DNA of 10,542 nucleotides from Candidatus Undinarchaeota archaeon. Its GTDB lineage: Archaea; SpSt-1190. A program made the translations under genes and the position numbers. Each line of letters starts with the position of its first letter. The first letter of the stretch is position 1. Positions 6,471 through 10,542 of this stretch are shown piece after piece. The stretch spans positions 1 to 10,542 of the forward strand of contig CAZJUS010000029.1 of NCBI GenBank assembly GCA_964549355.1. The letters are read 5' to 3'. The notes beneath the pieces were generated by a model. That model ran no database searches, was not told where the DNA came from, and worked only from the letters and a program-made list of their open reading frames with translations.

Positions 6471-7614
6471 TCACAACCCTCCTGTAAATATTGCGCAGTC
6501 TTTTCACTGAATATTTCCAGTCCATTTTTTCGATTTCCCGTGAGCCGTTTTTAATCAGACTCTCCGACAAGTCGGGATATGTCAGGGCCTCCAGGATTTT
6601 TGAGGCCATCATTTCAGTGTCCCAATAGTCCACGACCAGCCTGTGCCGGACAATTTCACTGACCCCTGACGTCTTTGACACCAGGATAGGCTTTCCGCTG
6701 GCCATGGCTTCAAGAGCAACAATCCCAAAAGGCTCGCTTACTGAAGGCATGACGAACAAATCACATACCCGGTACGCTGCAAGGAGCTCTGCTTCAGGCA
6801 CTCTGCCTGTAAAAATCACATTTTCCTGCAGGCCCAGATTTATTGAGAGGTCTATCAGCTCCCTTGCGGAGCCCCCGCCACCGACAATCAGAAACTTGAC
6901 CTTTGGGTTGTGGTCCACGACTTTCCTGGCAGCGTGCAGCAATTCCCAGACCCCCTTCTGCACAGTGAGGCGCCCGACAAAAAGCACAATTTTTTCGCCC
7001 GGTTTTTTCTTTCGGAGGTTTATATGGCCCCTGAATTTTTCGACATCAATACCGTTGTACAAAACATAAACTTTGCTTGGATTTGCCCCATACCTTTCAA
7101 TCAACTGCTGTTTCATCTGGTTGCTTGTCGTTATCACTCCGTCTGCCTGCCGGATTCCTGCTTTCTCCATACCGACAACCCGCATGCGCGGATTGTTGTT
7201 GGTCCTGTCGTATTCTGTGCTGTGGACATGAAATATGAATTTTTTTCCTGCGCCTTTCAGCATGAGGCCTGCAGGCACAGTCATCCAATCGTTGGCGTGA
7301 ATGATGTCTATATTTTTTTCACGAAGCATCTGAAATAAAAGAAAATTGAAATCGTAAATGCTTTTGAAGTCATCCCAATTTAAATTCGGCCGTGAGAATT
7401 CCCGGCGGACTGCGTATGTGCTGAATGAAAGTTTATGCGGGACCTGAATTACTTCTGCGTCAAGCTGCCCCTGCCATCCCAAGTCCGGCATTGCAACAAT
7501 AAAATCAATGCCCCGATCAACTTTGCGGAAATTTTTTACCATTTCGTAAACTGCAATTCCCAGACCGCCTGAAAATACAGGGTATAGTTCACTTGTCAAA
7601 AACGCAACTTTCAC
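6463..7614 (-). CDS. GT4 family glycosyltransferase (glycogen-locus-associated, GlgA-like)
   Basis: ELYPVFSGGLG, IHANDWMT, HVHSTEYDR, LFVGRLTVQKG and MPSVSEPFGIVALEAM (EX7E). The track start is TTG 7620, but GTG 7614 lies 6 nt after the SD GAGGTGA (7627-7621, which contains the upstream gene's stop) and is preferred. Confidence 0.92.
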   Translation of the reverse strand: MKVAFLTSELYPVFSGGLGIAVYEMVKNFRKVDRGIDFIVAMPDLGWQGQLDAEVIQVPHKLSFSTYAVRREFSRPNLNWDDFKSIYDFNFLLFQMLREKNIDIIHANDWMTVPAGLMLKGAGKKFIFHVHSTEYDRTNNNPRMRVVGMEKAGIRQADGVITTSNQMKQQLIERYGANPSKVYVLYNGIDVEKFRGHINLRKKKPGEKIVLFVGRLTVQKGVWELLHAARKVVDHNPKVKFLIVGGGGSARELIDLSINLGLQENVIFTGRVPEAELLAAYRVCDLFVMPSVSEPFGIVALEAMASGKPILVSKTSGVSEIVRHRLVVDYWDTEMMASKILEALTYPDLSESLIKNGSREIEKMDWKYSVKRLRNIYRRVVNG

Positions 7615-7620
7615 CGGCAA

Positions 7621-9378
7621 TCACCTCGACACTTCAATCCTCCACTTACCTGTTTTAAATATTCCTGGCCTTAGAGGGAGTTTTACTTTGTCGCCGACTG
7701 AAAATCCGCGCATCATGTCATAGATTTCCGGAATGAACGCTACGGACCACAATTGGTGGGTGGCTCCCTTGGGAACCCCCGCCGAGGTTATGGTCTCCGG
7801 CATGCCGTACAAATTATTGGAATTCATGTACTTCAGGTAATTGCCCATTATTGTTTTGGCCAATCCAGGCTCCTGGACTGCCAGCAATTTCAGACCCCAA
7901 TAGGTTGAAATTCCCCACACTCTCTCATGGTATTTTTCAGGATTGGATGTTTCTTTTTTGCTCACCGCCTTTATTCCAAAATCCATCAACAGCTCCTCTT
8001 TCATTCTGTCCACAGTTTTTGTGAATTTATCGCCATAGGAGTTTTGGAAGATGAAAGGAATTAGTGAATTGCAGGTAAACTCATAGGGGCCCCGGAGTGA
8101 ATCAAGATAGAAATTTCCATTCCAATAGTTGTCGTTGATTTTTTCCCACAGCTTATTCGATTCCTCGAGCAGATGGGGCCTTTTCAAAATTCCGGATGCG
8201 ACTTCGAATGCCTTTGCCCAAAGGACTTGAATTTCGACCGCAAGCTCGCGCTCCACTGTATCCATCCAGGTGTACAGAGGTTTGTGGACGATGAGGCCCC
8301 CCCGCTTGCTCTCGATGCCTTTGGCCACCACTTTCTCGATGGCCGTCTTGAAGCTCCCCGGGGCTTCCATTGAAGACTGCAGATACCGGCCGGCCGCGAA
8401 TACGAAAAGGGGTGTTGAATCGGAGCACGTCGCCTCCGCATCCAAAATCATGGGGACGTCGCCGGTCTTGGCAACAGCCCGGGCGATGGATTTCAGCTCC
8501 CTCCCTACCTCTTCTTCAAAGCCCATGTGGAGGAGCGAAGGCACCATCCAAAGGAAGTCGCGGGTCCAGAATTCATTGAAGTAGGGGAAGCCTGCCATGA
8601 AGCCGGTCTTTTTCGCTTTTGTTCGGTCCACCAAATGCGCCATGACCGAAGCGGTAGTCTTCCATGAGAGATCGGGGCCGAGATTCAGATTCACAGCTTT
8701 TTTCCTTATCCGCTTTCTGCCGGCCTTCGCAATCTCCTTGACAGTCCCCTCAGCTTTGCCGGTGGAAAGCTTAAGCACAAACTGCCTGCTTTTGGTCTTG
8801 ACCATTCCCGGAACGAAGCATTCCTGCTCCTCCTCGCGCCAGTCGTATCCCGCTTCTCTTGCGTATTTTCCTGGGAGGTGCTTTTCATAAGCGGGCGTTT
8901 TTTCCAAAGCTCCGGAAAAGCTTGCGTGCAGTTCGCCCAGATTGTTTTTGACAGTCAGCTTCCTGCCTCTCGAAACTACGGTGTACTGCCTGCCGTGGAT
9001 ATTCTCATCCCTCTTTCTCAGGTTGGCTGCGAGCTTCAGCCAGACTTCGGCTTTTTTTGGAAGGGCGAGCTCCACTACAAGAGAATCCCCGAGGGCAATC
9101 TTTTCCTCCACTTTGCCGATTTTGGTCTTGTATATGTGCTTGGCGGAGACGCCGTTGTACTCAAACCCGACTTGGTTGTCTTTTGAGAGCCATTCGTCTC
9201 CGACTTTGAAAGCAAAGTACTCCATCAGTTTTTTGTCCACGTCCCAAAAGCCACACCACTTGCTTCCGAAGACCCCATTCACAAAGCGGAAAAAAAAGAA
9301 GCCATTATTGAATAGCAAATATGTTTTATTCCTCTCAAATGGCTTATTTAGCCTGACGGCTTTCGCTGTGGTTTCCAT
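7621..9378 (-). CDS. Amylo-alpha-1,6-glucosidase / glycogen debranching enzyme (GH133-like)
   Basis: AGFPYFNEFWTRD (cf. AGyPwF..WgRD), DSTPLF, TWMDT..R..AVEIQVLW, YH.RVW and GMPE...PKGATHQLWSVA, all typical of the GDE C-terminal (alpha/alpha)6 domain. It has a divergent ~250-aa N-terminal domain and is the first gene of the minus-strand three-gene operon. Confidence 0.88.
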   Translation of the reverse strand: METTAKAVRLNKPFERNKTYLLFNNGFFFFRFVNGVFGSKWCGFWDVDKKLMEYFAFKVGDEWLSKDNQVGFEYNGVSAKHIYKTKIGKVEEKIALGDSLVVELALPKKAEVWLKLAANLRKRDENIHGRQYTVVSRGRKLTVKNNLGELHASFSGALEKTPAYEKHLPGKYAREAGYDWREEEQECFVPGMVKTKSRQFVLKLSTGKAEGTVKEIAKAGRKRIRKKAVNLNLGPDLSWKTTASVMAHLVDRTKAKKTGFMAGFPYFNEFWTRDFLWMVPSLLHMGFEEEVGRELKSIARAVAKTGDVPMILDAEATCSDSTPLFVFAAGRYLQSSMEAPGSFKTAIEKVVAKGIESKRGGLIVHKPLYTWMDTVERELAVEIQVLWAKAFEVASGILKRPHLLEESNKLWEKINDNYWNGNFYLDSLRGPYEFTCNSLIPFIFQNSYGDKFTKTVDRMKEELLMDFGIKAVSKKETSNPEKYHERVWGISTYWGLKLLAVQEPGLAKTIMGNYLKYMNSNNLYGMPETITSAGVPKGATHQLWSVAFIPEIYDMMRGFSVGDKVKLPLRPGIFKTGKWRIEVSR

Positions 9379-9428
9379 TACATAGAATAAAACCGGAAAC
9401 TGTTTAAATCATTAACCTTAACAATTCC
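9379..9428. promoter_or_regulatory. 50-bp bidirectional promoter (debranching operon / fbp) with central palindromic TATA
   Basis: TTTAAA at 9403-9408, preceded on + by BRE-like CCGGAAA (9393-9399). Counting from the first T of the box on each strand, it is 26 nt to the fbp ATG (9429) and 30 nt to the GDE ATG (9378). Neither gene has an SD, which is consistent with leaderless transcripts. Confidence 0.65.
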
Positions 9429-10541
9429 ATGGTAACAATAAGTGCTATTAAGGCGGACATCGGTGGATTCCCCGGACACCGCGGAATGCACCCGGATCTG
9501 GTAAAAACGGCAGAGCAGGAGCTGGGCAAGGCGCTGAAAGACAGGCTTTTGATTGATTTTCGGGTCCTGGCCTGCGGTGACGACCTCCAACTTATTATGA
9601 CCCATGACAAAGGGGTCGACTGTGAGGCCATCCACAAGCTGGCCTGGGATACCTTCATCAAGGGGACTGAAGTGGCCAGGAAGCTCAAGCTCTACGGCGC
9701 AGGGCAGGACCTGCTGAAGGACACTTTCTCCGGCAATGTCAAGGGCATGGGGCCCGGCAGTGCGGAGATGGAGATTGAGGAGCGGAAAAGCGAGCCCATT
9801 GTCGTCTTCATGGCGGACAAGACCAACTCGGGCGCCTGGAACTTCCCGCTCTACAAGATATTTGCCGACCCGTTCAACTCCATTGGCCTGGTGATAGCTC
9901 CAGAGGTCCACAACGGCTTCGACTTTGAAGTCTGGGATATCGAGAAGCACACCAAGGTGATGCTGCGCATGCCTGAAGACATCTACGACCTGCTGGTCCT
10001 GATAGGCTCTCCGGACAAGTATGTGGTCAAGAGGGTCTTCAACAAGAAAGGCGAGATTGCAGCTGTCACCAGCACCGACAGCCTGCACGAGATAGCGGGA
10101 GGCTATGTCGGCAAGGACGACCCGGTCATGATAGTCCGGTCGCAGAGCCAGTTCCCCGCATTCGGCGAAGTCCTGGAGCCTTTTGCTTTCCCCTATCTGG
10201 TCAAGGGATGGATGAGGGGCAGCCACCACGGGCCGTTCATGCCCACATGCTTCAAGGATGCCAACCCGTCCAGGTTCGACGGCCCGCCCAGGGTCATTGC
10301 AGCGGGCTTCCAGCTGGCCAAAGGCAAGCTTGTCGGGCCTGTTGATTTATTTGCCGACCCGTCATTCGACAGGGCCAGGGAGCAGGCCAATGTCGTTGCG
10401 GACTATCTGAGGAGGCACGGGCCGTTTGAGCCCCACAGGCTGGGCATTGGAGAGATGGAATACACCACTATGCCGAAGGTGATGGAGAAGCTCAAAGGCA
10501 GGTTCAAGCCGGTGGAGGGGCCGGGGGCCAGGAAGAAATAG
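9429..10541 (+). CDS. fbp: Bifunctional fructose-1,6-bisphosphate aldolase/phosphatase (class V FBPase)
   Basis: Highly conserved motifs IKADIGGFPGH, CGDDLQLIMTH, LYGAGQDLLKDTFSGNVKGMGPG, FMADKT, FADPFN, YVGKDDP (Tyr and Schiff-base Lys), GWMRGSHHGP, RFDGPP, HGPFEPHRL and EMEYTT. 370 aa, complete with TAG at 10539-10541. Confidence 0.98.
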   Translation: MVTISAIKADIGGFPGHRGMHPDLVKTAEQELGKALKDRLLIDFRVLACGDDLQLIMTHDKGVDCEAIHKLAWDTFIKGTEVARKLKLYGAGQDLLKDTFSGNVKGMGPGSAEMEIEERKSEPIVVFMADKTNSGAWNFPLYKIFADPFNSIGLVIAPEVHNGFDFEVWDIEKHTKVMLRMPEDIYDLLVLIGSPDKYVVKRVFNKKGEIAAVTSTDSLHEIAGGYVGKDDPVMIVRSQSQFPAFGEVLEPFAFPYLVKGWMRGSHHGPFMPTCFKDANPSRFDGPPRVIAAGFQLAKGKLVGPVDLFADPSFDRAREQANVVADYLRRHGPFEPHRLGIGEMEYTTMPKVMEKLKGRFKPVEGPGARKK

Positions 10542-10542
10542 T

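Noticed and set aside
9378..10229. 283-aa minus-strand ORF antisense to fbp ending at the debrancher start (TAATG)
   Set aside because: In-register shadow of the highly conserved fbp gene, with no motifs, and it runs through the promoter gap.
1..10542. CRISPR arrays, tRNA/rRNA genes, transposases, integrases and other short ORFs in the track
   Set aside because: No spaced repeats, RNA-gene signatures or mobile-element motifs were seen. About 98% of the window is explained by the eight CDSs, and the remaining short ORFs all overlap them without recognisable motifs.

Overview
A gene-dense, very likely archaeal alpha-glucan (glycogen) and gluconeogenesis cluster of eight genes. Archaeal origin is inferred from the FBP aldolase/phosphatase, an ADP-dependent sugar kinase, GGTGA/GAGGTGA/AGGAGG ribosome-binding sites and TATA-like promoters. 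Gene order: (-) sugar-1-phosphate nucleotidyltransferase, which runs off the left edge and is missing from the ORF track; (+) phosphoglucomutase/phosphomannomutase with an unusual N-terminal P-loop-like plus Cys4 zinc-ribbon extension; (-) a short ADP-dependent glucokinase-like enzyme; (+) a GT3, eukaryote-type glycogen synthase; (-) an operon of GH133 amylo-alpha-1,6-glucosidase, GT4 glycosyltransferase and GH57 hydrolase; (+) FBP aldolase/phosphatase. There are three very short divergent intergenic regions and two convergent gene overlaps. No RNA genes, CRISPR arrays or mobile elements were seen. The most notable points are the eukaryote-like enzyme set (GT3, a kinase with metazoan-ADPGK-like motifs, GH133), the extra module on the mutase, and a strand-partitioned anabolic/catabolic layout with a shared palindromic promoter motif. 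Family calls come from motif recognition by eye and recalled family consensus, not from database searches.
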